Part shown: piece by piece, positions 1-8,250 of the stretch
Layout of the letters: each line of letters begins with the position of its first letter
How positions within the stretch are numbered: position 1 is the stretch's first letter
Source: Steroidobacteraceae bacterium
GTDB lineage: Bacteria > Pseudomonadota > Gammaproteobacteria > Steroidobacterales > Steroidobacteraceae
Reading direction: 5' to 3'
Assembly (NCBI GenBank): GCA_036272295.1
Contig: DATAYZ010000148.1
Coordinates: 2,128 to 66,127, forward strand
DNA length: 64,000 bases
Notes under the pieces: model-generated
Seen by the model: the letters and a program-made list of their open reading frames with translations, nothing else
Told to the model about the DNA's origin: nothing
The model's database searches: none
Program-made: the position numbers and the translations under genes

Positions 1-1611
1 CACGCAGGTCGGGGTGCCGTTGTTGTTGTAGACGGCCAGGGCGTTGTCGATGTTCTGAAAATTGAAGTAATTGAGGTTGGCGTTGTTGAAGGTCGTGTAG
101 TAATACTGGGCGTACGCATCGTAGGTCAGCCCGTCGATCACGTCGCCCTTCGTGCCGAGCACTGCGCGATAGTTCTGATGCTCGAAATCGGCCACCCGAG
201 GCACGCCTTCGACGTTGCGGCGTCCGATGTCGAGATCCGCGCAATTCGACGACAAAACGCCCGGCGCCGCCAATGAGCAGCCCGCCCTCGGGTTGGCGTT
301 CGCGGCTGCAATTTGCGCGGGCGTGCACAGGATGGATTGTTCCTGGCGGCTGAGCAGCGGGTTGTTGCAGGTGATCGGATAGCTGCTGGTCTCGGTGGGA
401 TCGAAAGGGTTGGACGAGTAGAAGGCGGCCGCGGGCGCGGTCACCTGCCCGGTGCGGTCGTCCATGAAATAGAACTCGGCGTAGGGTTGGAAGTAATCCG
501 TGACCTTCATGTGGCCGAGTATTGCCGCGTTGGCGCGGTCGTCCTCGCGAGTCATGTAGATCGTAGGTTGCGAATTGAACGCGGCCGGCGGGTTGGTCCC
601 CGGCGTGCCGAAGGGCACGAAGCTGTGGCCGAGCACGGAAAAGAAATTGCCGGATTGCGGACCCGTATTCGGCTGAAAGAGATTGGAGTTCGACGATCCG
701 TCGCAATGCGAGCCGACCACCGTATTGCCGTGCGACGTGTTTGCATAGGTCGGATAGAGCTCGCAGCCGCCGAAGTCATAGTCGCTGCTCGGCACCGGGT
801 CGGCGTGGCGATAGCTCAAATATCCGGTGACGTTGCCCTCGCCGTCGGCGAAGTTCGTCCCCATCAAGAGATCGAACGAGCGTTGCCGGCCATCCTGGGT
901 GGTCCCCGTCGCCGGCGTGTAGCCGAATCCCCGCACCAGGTTCTGCATGTACGTATTGTCGTTGCCGTGGAGGTTCTCGTTGTACTGGCCATCGAATTGC
1001 ACGCCCTGGAAGTCTTTCTTCATGATGAAGTTGATGACGCCGGCGATGGCGTCGGAGCCATAGGCAGCCGATGCTCCTCCGGTGACGACCTCGATGCGGT
1101 CCACCAGGCCGGGCGGGATCTGATCCAGATCGGGCGCCGGCGACTGAATGGCCGTGTTGGGAGACCCCTGACCGAGACGACGTCCGTCGACCAGCACCAG
1201 GGTTCTGTTCGGCCCAAGCCCGCGCAGATCCGCGGTGGAGATACCCCCGGGCGTGGTCAAGCCGCTCGTGGTGTTGCCGAGGTCCTGCCCCAATGAGTTG
1301 TTGAAATTCTGGGGCAACTGCATGATGAGGTCGCTGATGTCGGTCTTGCCGGTCGTCGCGATGGACTCGGCCGATATGACCTGTATCGGGCTGGTGCTGA
1401 CCGCATTCGGCGCCGCGATACGCGAGCCGGTGACCACGATCTCGGTCAGCGTGGTGTCGGAGGCGGTCGTGCTCTCGCCCGCGACCGCAGGCGTCTGCTG
1501 CGCGACCGCGGGCAGGCCGGCCAAAGCCGCCGGCAGAGCGATGAGAGATACGCGCAAAGCGCGGGCCGCGAATGCGGTGGACGATGCGAGCACGCGGCGT
1601 ACCGCGGCCAT
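1..1611 (-). CDS. TonB-dependent receptor, N-terminal part (gene continues past the left window edge)
   Basis: Absent from the ORF track because it is open at the edge. Reverse-strand ATG at 1611-1609; I hand-translated 1611 down to about 1021 with no stop, and no other ORF is listed in this minus frame, consistent with it staying open to nt 1. Product: MAAVRRVLASSTAFAARALRVSLIALPAALAGLPAVAQQ (signal peptide), then TLTEIVVTGSRIAAPNAVSTSPIQVISAESIATTGKTDISDLIMQLPQ, LRGLGPNRTLVLVDGRR and VEVVTGGASAAYGSDAIAGVINFIM (plug-domain motifs). ORFs 313-1296(+), 776-1708(-) and 1235-1654(+) are other frames of this gene. Confidence 0.85.
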   Translation of the reverse strand, partial: MAAVRRVLASSTAFAARALRVSLIALPAALAGLPAVAQQTPAVAGESTTASDTTLTEIVVTGSRIAAPNAVSTSPIQVISAESIATTGKTDISDLIMQLPQNFNNSLGQDLGNTTSGLTTPGGISTADLRGLGPNRTLVLVDGRRLGQGSPNTAIQSPAPDLDQIPPGLVDRIEVVTGGASAAYGSDAIAGVINFIMKKDFQGVQFDGQYNENLHGNDNTYMQNLVRGFGYTPATGTTQDGRQRSFDLLMGTNFADGEGNVTGYLSYRHADPVPSSDYDFGGCELYPTYANTSHGNTVVGSHCDGSSNSNLFQPNTGPQSGNFFSVLGHSFVPFGTPGTNPPAAFNSQPTIYMTREDDRANAAILGHMKVTDYFQPYAEFYFMDDRTGQVTAPAAAFYSSNPFDPTETSSYPITCNNPLLSRQEQSILCTPAQIAAANANPRAGCSLAAPGVLSSNCADLDIGRRNVEGVPRVADFEHQNYRAVLGTKGDVIDGLTYDAYAQYYYTTFNNANLNYFNFQNIDNALAVYNNNGTPTCV

Positions 1612-1822
1612 GTTCGTTGCGAGTGGATGGGACATCATAATTCGGGCTCCCTGAAGCTGAATAGCCTCGACGGCCGCCCCGATTCGAGCTCTCGTTGCGC
1701 CGTCGCAACGTTTTGCGAGCTCGCGGGCACGGCCTATCGTTCGTGGGCCGAAAATAAGCGGCCGAGCCACCCGAAGGAGAAAATTGTGATGAGACGCCCC
1801 AAGACGGTGATGAAGAGGCCGG

Positions 1823-2869
1823 CTACGGGATGAGCGCTTTCGCTTGCGACTCCCGCGCAGACGCTCGATCCATCGTCCAGGTCACCGTTCGCGTGCGCAC
1901 GACACCGGCGCGCGCGCTTCCCCGCAGATGCGGAACCCGCCAGAAGAGCTGGCTGCCTCTCCGCACGAGATGTCCGCGCACGTGATGAAGCCGCGGCGGC
2001 CGGCGCTCGGCGACCGGCATGCTGCCGCAGGCATGCCGGTATTCGGGCAGCAACGGCGCGAACACCTCCACGTGGTCGAGAAGCGCGGCCTTTCCCGACC
2101 TCGATCGCGCCCGATTGAGCCGCTCCAGCATGAGCGGGCGGCGCGGCAGACCCGGACGGGTGCCGAGGAGCAGAAGGAAAGCCAGCATGACCGGCATTTC
2201 GATGGCGATCGTGCCGAGCGCGTGGCGTGCGATCGCATCGCTCTGCTCACGCGAGAGGGCGGCATTCGCGTAGTACTGCGCCCAGGTGCGCTCATACCGG
2301 AAGCGAAAGCAACGGCGCAGGATGTCCGCCTTGCCGACGCCGTCATCGAACACGCAGATCGCGGCGTCGTCGTCGAAGCTGTCCGGCGCGCTCGGCGCCT
2401 CACCCTCCGGGGTGTCGAAATCGAAATACGCCTCCATGCTGCTCGCAAGCACGTCCAGCTCCGTCTCGCCGCTCGCCCAGAACACCTTGATCAATCCGCG
2501 GCGTCCCGCCGGGCAGGAGCGGATGAAAACGCCGCGGCGGCCCGTGATTGCCGGCTGCCGGCCGGTGTCGAATCCGTAGCGCGCGAGCTCGGCGACCCAG
2601 GGTGCCTCGCACCACTCGAGCCAGACGCGCTCCGCCGGCACGTGCAGCAGGTCCGCGCAGGCCAATGTGCTGGCGCCCTTCGAGTAGGCCAGCGCCGTGC
2701 ACAATCGGGTGAGATCGTCGGCAAGGACGTATCGAGTGGGACAGGCGGCGATCTCCGGGGCGAAGGTGGCCGCGCCGCTCAGGCGGGTGATCGCATGATT
2801 CTTCGTGTTCTGCACCACGAAAGGGGTGCGACATTGCGCGATGCGGTCCGCCAATCTCATGAGCAGCAC
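1823..2869 (-). CDS. hypothetical protein, 348 aa, family not recognised (acidic N-terminal half, one hydrophobic helix, Arg/His-rich C-terminus)
   Basis: ORF track 1823-2869(-). Composition is ordinary, unlike the shadow ORFs 1844-2944(+) and 2400-3092(-). GTG at 2869, first ATG at 2860. Hydrophobic stretch IAIEMPVMLAFLLLLG; C-terminal RLHHVRGHLVRRGSQLFWRVPHLRG. Lies 114 bp downstream of, and co-directional with, the LytTR gene. Confidence 0.6.
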   Translation of the reverse strand: MLLMRLADRIAQCRTPFVVQNTKNHAITRLSGAATFAPEIAACPTRYVLADDLTRLCTALAYSKGASTLACADLLHVPAERVWLEWCEAPWVAELARYGFDTGRQPAITGRRGVFIRSCPAGRRGLIKVFWASGETELDVLASSMEAYFDFDTPEGEAPSAPDSFDDDAAICVFDDGVGKADILRRCFRFRYERTWAQYYANAALSREQSDAIARHALGTIAIEMPVMLAFLLLLGTRPGLPRRPLMLERLNRARSRSGKAALLDHVEVFAPLLPEYRHACGSMPVAERRPPRLHHVRGHLVRRGSQLFWRVPHLRGSARAGVVRTRTVTWTMDRASARESQAKALIP

Positions 2870-2903
2870 GATTACATAGGGATTTCCGGCGCGGAAAAAC
2901 TAT

Positions 2904-2933
2904 GGGACCAAATGCCCCAGGGGCGGGACCAAC
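2904..2933 (-). promoter_or_regulatory. 9-12-9 direct repeat, candidate LytTR-type operator upstream of the 348-aa ORF
   Basis: Minus strand reads GTTGGTCCC gcccctggggca TTTGGTCCC (plus strand GGGACCAAA 2904-2912 and GGGACCAAC 2925-2933). The repeats are 8/9 identical with a 12-nt spacer and 21-bp period. A -10-like TATGTAAT (2878->2871) follows 25 nt later and abuts the GTG at 2869. This architecture matches known LytTR binding sites. Confidence 0.4.
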
Positions 2934-2983
2934 CGTGCGTTTAAGGCTTTGAGATGCGCGCCGGGAGGAAGACGGGTTGCGCG

Positions 2984-3586
2984 TCAGTCCCGCGCGTCGC
3001 CGTCTGAGCTGCCGTCGGCGCCGGCGCGGCAATGGTGCCAGGGCAAGACGCGCAAGATAGCCCCCCGATAGGTGCGGCTCGAGTGCAGGCAAGCGCCGGA
3101 GGAGAGCGTGAACGCGAGGATTCCGCGGCCGACGGGCTCGGCGAACGCGACGGCCCGGATGTTCAACAGGATGGAGCGGTCGATCCGCACGAAGCCAAAC
3201 GCGGCGAGATCTGCGGACAGACGCTTGATGGAATCCCGGCTGATGTATTCCGAGCTGCCGGCTCGGATGGTCACATAATTGCCGTCGGCTTCGATGTAGT
3301 CGATCTTTCGAATGTCGAGCGGATACAGGCGATGATGCCGCTCGCCGACCAGCAGCTTCGGCTGCTGCCCGGAGAGCTGCAGGAGCTGCCGAGCGACGAG
3401 ATCTTCGGCGTCATCGGCAGGAAGGTGCTCGCGACACTGCTCCGTCGGCTGCGGGAATCGGGCAGCACCGCCCGGTTTCCTCAAATAGTGCACGCCGCCT
3501 TCCGCGCGCACTGCGCCTTCCGCCTGAGCGCCGAAGTCCGGCCGATGAGGTGTCATGACTCGCTTTGCATCCGTGGACATCGACAC
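2984..3586 (-). CDS. LytTR-family DNA-binding protein without a receiver domain
   Basis: LytTR domain motifs RLYPLDIRKIDYIEADGNYVTIRAGSSEYISRDSIKRLSADLAAFGFVRIDRSILLNIRAV. The N-terminal ~85 aa show no REC-like features; the true start may be the internal ATG (MTPHRP). Confidence 0.8.
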   Translation of the reverse strand: MSMSTDAKRVMTPHRPDFGAQAEGAVRAEGGVHYLRKPGGAARFPQPTEQCREHLPADDAEDLVARQLLQLSGQQPKLLVGERHHRLYPLDIRKIDYIEADGNYVTIRAGSSEYISRDSIKRLSADLAAFGFVRIDRSILLNIRAVAFAEPVGRGILAFTLSSGACLHSSRTYRGAILRVLPWHHCRAGADGSSDGDARD

Positions 3587-3664
3587 CTCCGCTTGACGTC
3601 TGACTCGATCATTAGACGGCGGGGGCCCTGCGGATTCATCGGTGCCGAGCTTCTTGCCAGGGTC

Positions 3665-4657
3665 TCAACCTTCGGACCAACGCGGCGGCAAGCCGAAGCG
3701 CGGAAACAACGTCTGCGTATCGAGAAAGTAGGTGAGGCTCGAGATCTTCTCCTCGTGAAGCTCCAGCAGGACGATGGCGAACGGCGTGGCACCCCCGTCG
3801 TGGTATTGCGCGAAGGCGGGCGTTCCTCCGCAGGCAGCCACGGGGATCAGGCGTGAGTCCCGGCACTCGGCGCCGAACCCGCGCAGCCATTGCGATACCG
3901 ACGCCGGGCCCTGCAGCCACAGATCGAAAGGCGGCATCGAAAATTTGACGTCGTCGCGGAGCAGGCCGCAGAACGCTTGGATGTCGTAGCGCTCGAACGC
4001 GTCCACGAAGCGGCCCAGAAGCGCGTGCTGCTCGGCCGAGAGGACGCGGGGTGTCGTGTTTCCGTCGCGGGCATCGAGAGCGGCGCGGGCACGCTGCAGC
4101 GCGCTGCTCACCGCGGGGATGCTCATGCCGAGGGCGTCGGCGGTCTCCTCCGCGGAGAAGCTCAAGACCTGGGTCAGCAGCAGAACGGCCCGCTGACGCG
4201 GCGGCAGATATTGCAGGGCCGCGATGAATGCGAGCCGTATGCTTTCGCGCTGGAGCGCCTGCTCCTGCGGATCGGAGCTCGGCGGCAGGGCGAGCGCATC
4301 GGGAATGGGCTCGATCCAATGATCGCGGTCGCGCCGGGTCAGTTCGAGCGCCGGGTGGAGGACCGCCGGCGGAGACAGGTCGACCGGATGCAGGCGGCGC
4401 TTGCCGGTTGCGAGAGCATCCAGACAGACGTTGGTGGCGATGCGATAGAGCCATGTCTTCAACGAGGATTGCCGGTTGAAGCTCTCGAAACCCTTCCAGG
4501 CGCGCAGCAGCGATTCCTGCACGGCATCTTCCGCGTCGGTCACCGAGCCCAGCATCCGGTAGCAATGTCCGGTCAGGGCGGGACGATAGTTCTCCAGCTG
4601 CTCGGAAGACGACGCGGACATGGGGGTCGGCGGTTGGGTTTGACAATCCTTGCTCAT
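3665..4657 (-). CDS. ECF-type RNA polymerase sigma-70 factor with a long C-terminal NTF2/SnoaL-like extension (ECF41/ECF56-like)
   Basis: Region 2: YRPALTGHCYRMLGSVTDAEDAVQESLLRAWKGFESF...LKTWLYRIATNVCLDAL. Region 4: LPPRQRAVLLLTQVLSFSAEETADALGMSIPAVSSALQRARAAL. A further ~130 aa follow (FVDAFERYDIQAFCGLLRDDVKF...). Confidence 0.85.
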   Translation of the reverse strand: MSKDCQTQPPTPMSASSSEQLENYRPALTGHCYRMLGSVTDAEDAVQESLLRAWKGFESFNRQSSLKTWLYRIATNVCLDALATGKRRLHPVDLSPPAVLHPALELTRRDRDHWIEPIPDALALPPSSDPQEQALQRESIRLAFIAALQYLPPRQRAVLLLTQVLSFSAEETADALGMSIPAVSSALQRARAALDARDGNTTPRVLSAEQHALLGRFVDAFERYDIQAFCGLLRDDVKFSMPPFDLWLQGPASVSQWLRGFGAECRDSRLIPVAACGGTPAFAQYHDGGATPFAIVLLELHEEKISSLTYFLDTQTLFPRFGLPPRWSEG

Positions 4658-4675
4658 GCCGGAATACTATCTCAT

Positions 4676-5029
4676 ATGGTGAAGTATCAACGCCAGCTCG
4701 ACCGCACCTTTGCGGCGCTGGTCGACCCGACGCGGCGCTCGATTCTCGCGCACCTCGAGCGTCAGGACGGCGCTTCGGTCAGCGAGCTGGCGGAGCCCTT
4801 TCGAATCAAGCTTCCCGCAGTGATGAAGCACCTCGATGTGCTTGCGAATGCGGGCCTCATCACCCGCTCGAAGGCGGGCCGCACGGTGACCGTACGGCTT
4901 CGGGCGCAGCCGATGAAGGAGGCGATGGAATGGCTGCGTCATTACGAGCGGTTCTGGTCGGGCAGCCTCGACCGCCTCGCGGTCTATGCCAAGGCCAGGG
5001 AAGCCGCCGCGCGGAGCGGACGGCGTTGA
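4676..5029 (+). CDS. ArsR/SmtB-family transcriptional regulator
   Basis: Internal ATG at 4676 of ORF 3890-5029(+). The upstream part of that ORF is antisense to the sigma gene and compositionally spurious. wHTH motif DPTRRSILAHLERQDGASVSELAEPFRIKLPAVMKHLDVLANAGLI. Confidence 0.85.
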   Translation: MVKYQRQLDRTFAALVDPTRRSILAHLERQDGASVSELAEPFRIKLPAVMKHLDVLANAGLITRSKAGRTVTVRLRAQPMKEAMEWLRHYERFWSGSLDRLAVYAKAREAAARSGRR

Positions 5030-5460
5030 CGAGCCTGACGCTGGTTCGCCGAATCCAGGCGCGGCCATCGATCGTCTTCGATGCCATCACCACGGCCGAA
5101 GGCATTGCGCAATGGTGGGGTCCCGACACCGGGCCGGTGTTGGTCGCCGAAGCCGACGTACGCGTGGGCGGCCGCTATCGAGTGCGCTTTCGCAGGCTCG
5201 ATGGCAGCGAGCACGAAAGCAGCGGCACCTACCTCGAGCTCGTGAGACCCGAGCGGGTCGTCATGAGCTGGCGCTGGGTCAGCGGCGGCGAGGGCTGCGG
5301 CGAGTCGCGGCTCGAGATGGCGCTGCGCGCCATTCCGGAGGGCACCGAGCTCACGTTGACCCACTCACGGCTGCAGGACGAGGCAATCAGCCGCAGCCAC
5401 CAGGAAGGCTGGGCCGGTGCGTTGCAAAAGCTCGAGGCGCATTTCGCAGACCGGGCCTGA
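5026..5460 (+). CDS. SRPBCC (Aha1/START-like) domain protein
   Basis: Frame of ORF 4930-5460. Motifs RPSIVFDAITTAEGIAQWWGP...GGRYRVRF...GTYLELVRPERVVMSW...GWAGALQKLEAHF. Likely TTG start at 5026, overlapping the ArsR stop (TTGA). The ArsR+SRPBCC pairing is common. Start is uncertain. Confidence 0.75.
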   Translation: MTSLTLVRRIQARPSIVFDAITTAEGIAQWWGPDTGPVLVAEADVRVGGRYRVRFRRLDGSEHESSGTYLELVRPERVVMSWRWVSGGEGCGESRLEMALRAIPEGTELTLTHSRLQDEAISRSHQEGWAGALQKLEAHFADRA

Positions 5461-5462
5461 AG

Positions 5463-6158
5463 CTACCGAGCCTCCATCGATGCCGATGTCCCGTCGGACC
5501 ACTTGTCCACGGGCACGACGAAGACCGTGAGCTCGTCGGCACCGCCCTCGGTGGCCACCACCGGGGAGCCGTGAAGATTGGCGCCCCAAGCGGATAAAGA
5601 GGTGTGCGCCTGGAAGAACATGAGGTGCGGGTGCCAGTGGCCGGCTGTATCGGACAGATGCTGCTGCTTGGACATCATATAGCCCATGGCGCCCGGCGCG
5701 GGCGGCTTCCGCGCGGCGGGCGAAGTCTTGCTTCGAGCGAGCATCGTGGCCTTGGAAATGCCCGTCAGCACCCATTGCGTCTTTTCGAGATTGGCGGGCA
5801 GCACGGTGCTCGCCGCCGCGTGGTTGACGCAATCCGGACCGCGAATGCTCGAATCCCAGAACACCGGATCGCCGAACGAGGCAAACCAAGAGCGCTCCAC
5901 GAGGCAAACGAAGCCGTTCTTCCCTTTGACCGCCGTCTCGTATCCTCGATCCCCGAGAACGAGGATTTCGGCGTCGCCCGAAATGGAGGCGGGCGCGGCG
6001 CTTCGTGCCAGCGCGATCTCCTCGGACCGGCTCGCCATCCGGTATTGCTCGACGGGAGCCATGCTCGGAACGTGGGTTCCGCTTCCGTCCGCCGCCGCCA
6101 GGCTCCAACCGCCCATCAGGCCCAATGCGCAAATTCCCGATGCGATCGTGAGACGCAT
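5463..6158 (-). CDS. hypothetical secreted protein
   Basis: ORF track. Signal-peptide-like N-terminus MRLTIASGICALGLMGGWSLAAA. Composition is normal, versus the 865-aa antisense shadow ORF 5686-8283(+). Confidence 0.6.
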   Translation of the reverse strand: MRLTIASGICALGLMGGWSLAAADGSGTHVPSMAPVEQYRMASRSEEIALARSAAPASISGDAEILVLGDRGYETAVKGKNGFVCLVERSWFASFGDPVFWDSSIRGPDCVNHAAASTVLPANLEKTQWVLTGISKATMLARSKTSPAARKPPAPGAMGYMMSKQQHLSDTAGHWHPHLMFFQAHTSLSAWGANLHGSPVVATEGGADELTVFVVPVDKWSDGTSASMEAR

Positions 6159-6300
6159 GCATCCTCCCTTGCTTCCGCAGTTAGTTCACCGATTGGTGAA
6201 CTATAGCGATGGACGAAGGGCGGAGCAAGGGGGCTGTCGGGCGTATCGAGCAGGGAAGCCGCGTGCGGCGCCGCGAGGGCGGGGTAGGAAGGTGCCGGCC

Positions 6301-8250
6301 TCAGACCGCTCCATTCTCTCCGAGGAGCTGAACGGCAGCCTCATACAGCTTGGCGCGCAGCATGAAGCGCTCGTGGGCGCGGGTGATGTAGCGGATCGCG
6401 ATCTCGACGCCGCCGACCACGGGCTTGACGTTGATGCCGGGGGTGCCCGAGAAGGTTTTGCCGCGATCGGTGGGCACGGAGCGCTGCCATTCCTGCTCCG
6501 CCTGGCGCGCGCTGTCGGCGGTCGCTTCGGCGACCTTCTTGGTGATGGCGTCGACGATCGGGTAGGGATCGCGGCCGGAGGGCACCACCACCTGCAGCTC
6601 GTCCCAGAGCCACTGGCCCGAGGTGGAGAAGTTGAAGTAGTGCTTCTCGATCGCGAAGCTGTTGGTGAAGGTTACGCGGCGCCCGGTCGGGCGGCCGGAG
6701 TCGCTCCAGTTGCCGGTCTCGAGCAGCACCGTGTGGAACATGCCGAGCTCGGTGACCTCGCCGCTGACGCCGTTGATCTCGACCCAGTCGCCGAGGCGTA
6801 TGCCGTTCTTGCCCATGAGGATCAGCCAGCCGAAGAAGGCGACGATGAAGTCCTTGAGCGCCACGGTGAGTCCGGCACCGATGATGCCGATCATGGCGCC
6901 GAACTGCGTCGGCATGCCGATGACGATCAGCAGGATGATCACCACCGCGGTTACGCGCAAGGCGACGCGGGTGAGACTCCGCAAGGTCTCGATCTGGCGC
7001 CGATCGAGCTTCGGGCGGTTGAGCAGCCGCTCGAGCCAGCCGTCGATGAGCAGCATTGCGAGCAGCACGCCGATCACGATGAGCGCATTGAGCAGCAGCG
7101 TGTGTGCGACGACGTCTTCGCGAGCGCCGACGGAAGCGGACCACTGTCCGTAGATCGTTGCAAGCTGACGTTGATCCGAGATGCGCCGATCCAGAAGGGT
7201 GATCACCTTCTGGTCCGCCTCGATCAGCTTGGTCTGGCTCAAGAGAGCGGCGGCGTCCGTGTGCGAGCGTACGGCCGGCGTCGCCGTCGCGGGCGCCGGC
7301 CCAGCGGCAGCGGAGGCGGCGGCAGGGGCAGCGGTCGCCGGCTTCGGCACCCGCTTCGGCTTCGATCTCGGCGAGGCAGCGGGCGTGGGCGCGGGACCAG
7401 GAGTGGCGGCGAGTCCGCCCGCCGGCGCGGCGCCCGGCTCCTTCGCGCCGCGCGTGTGCTGCGACAGCTCGGCGATGCCGCTCTTGGCCTTTTCGAGGGC
7501 GTCCGCAAGGCCGGCGCGGCGCTTGGCGAGGCGGTCCGACTTTTGCGACGAGCGGCTCGCCGCGTCATCGATATCCTGACGCTTTTGCCGCAGGTGCAGC
7601 CAGTCGACCCAGCGGCTCCAGGACCCGTGCTCCTCCGCCGGAGCCTTGGCCAGCGCGGCGGTCACGGGCGTGCGCGCCTTGATCTCGGCTTCATGCTCCT
7701 GCTGCAGGGCCTCGATGCGCTGCTGGACGTTGCCGCCGGCGTCGAGCAAGTCCTGATTCGCCTCGTCGAGCTCGTCCTTGTCCAGATCCAACTGCGATTG
7801 CGCGAGATCGAGATCGTCCTGCAGAGCGCTCTGCTGCGGATCCTTGGCCTGCGCGAGCTCGGCGGTCAGCTGGGTCACGCGCTGCTGATCGGCATCGAAC
7901 AGTGCTTGCGACTTCCGCACCCGCTCCTGGATCGCGCGCGCCTCGGGGGTCAGCTCCGGCGGGTGCGCCTCGACATCGCGCAGTGCCGTGGTGAACGCAA
8001 AGGCCAGCGCATGGTCGGCGACGCGCAGCGCGGCCTGGGCATAGTTCTGCTCATCGGGGGTGTCGGCCAGGTGGGACAGGCGCTCCGCGGTCGTGTAGGT
8101 GCTCTGATCGACCACCTGAGCGGCCGCGACGTCGGCAGCGCGTTGCCGGCTGACTTTGGCGGTGGGCGGCGCGGTGCGCCACCATGCAAACCCGGCCGCG
8201 AGCAGCAGGAGGATCAAGAGTCCGGCAAAAAGCCGCTGCTTCCGGCTCAA
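6301..8250 (-). CDS. mechanosensitive ion channel (MscS family) with a long N-terminal coiled-coil and Pro/Ala-rich linker
   Basis: MscS core GAGLTVALKDFIVAFFGWLILMGKNGIRLGDWVEINGVSGEVTELGMFHTVLLETGNW. N-terminal half is heptad-like (QLDLDKDELDEANQDLLDAG...). Linker PAGGLAATPGPAPTPAASPRSKPKRVPKPATAAPAAA. Confidence 0.85.
   Translation of the reverse strand: MSRKQRLFAGLLILLLLAAGFAWWRTAPPTAKVSRQRAADVAAAQVVDQSTYTTAERLSHLADTPDEQNYAQAALRVADHALAFAFTTALRDVEAHPPELTPEARAIQERVRKSQALFDADQQRVTQLTAELAQAKDPQQSALQDDLDLAQSQLDLDKDELDEANQDLLDAGGNVQQRIEALQQEHEAEIKARTPVTAALAKAPAEEHGSWSRWVDWLHLRQKRQDIDDAASRSSQKSDRLAKRRAGLADALEKAKSGIAELSQHTRGAKEPGAAPAGGLAATPGPAPTPAASPRSKPKRVPKPATAAPAAASAAAGPAPATATPAVRSHTDAAALLSQTKLIEADQKVITLLDRRISDQRQLATIYGQWSASVGAREDVVAHTLLLNALIVIGVLLAMLLIDGWLERLLNRPKLDRRQIETLRSLTRVALRVTAVVIILLIVIGMPTQFGAMIGIIGAGLTVALKDFIVAFFGWLILMGKNGIRLGDWVEINGVSGEVTELGMFHTVLLETGNWSDSGRPTGRRVTFTNSFAIEKHYFNFSTSGQWLWDELQVVVPSGRDPYPIVDAITKKVAEATADSARQAEQEWQRSVPTDRGKTFSGTPGINVKPVVGGVEIAIRYITRAHERFMLRAKLYEAAVQLLGENGAV

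Noticed and set aside
313-1708. Track ORFs 313-1296(+), 776-1708(-), 1020-1217(-) and 1235-1654(+)
   Set aside because: They are Arg/Gly/His-rich, low-complexity products. The remaining minus frame, which is open at the window edge and so not listed, encodes an unmistakable TonB-dependent receptor N-terminus.
7239-7480. Apparent repetitive DNA inside the MscS-family gene
   Set aside because: It is a Pro/Ala/Thr-rich low-complexity coding linker (GCC/CCG-rich), not a tandem repeat or a CRISPR-like array.
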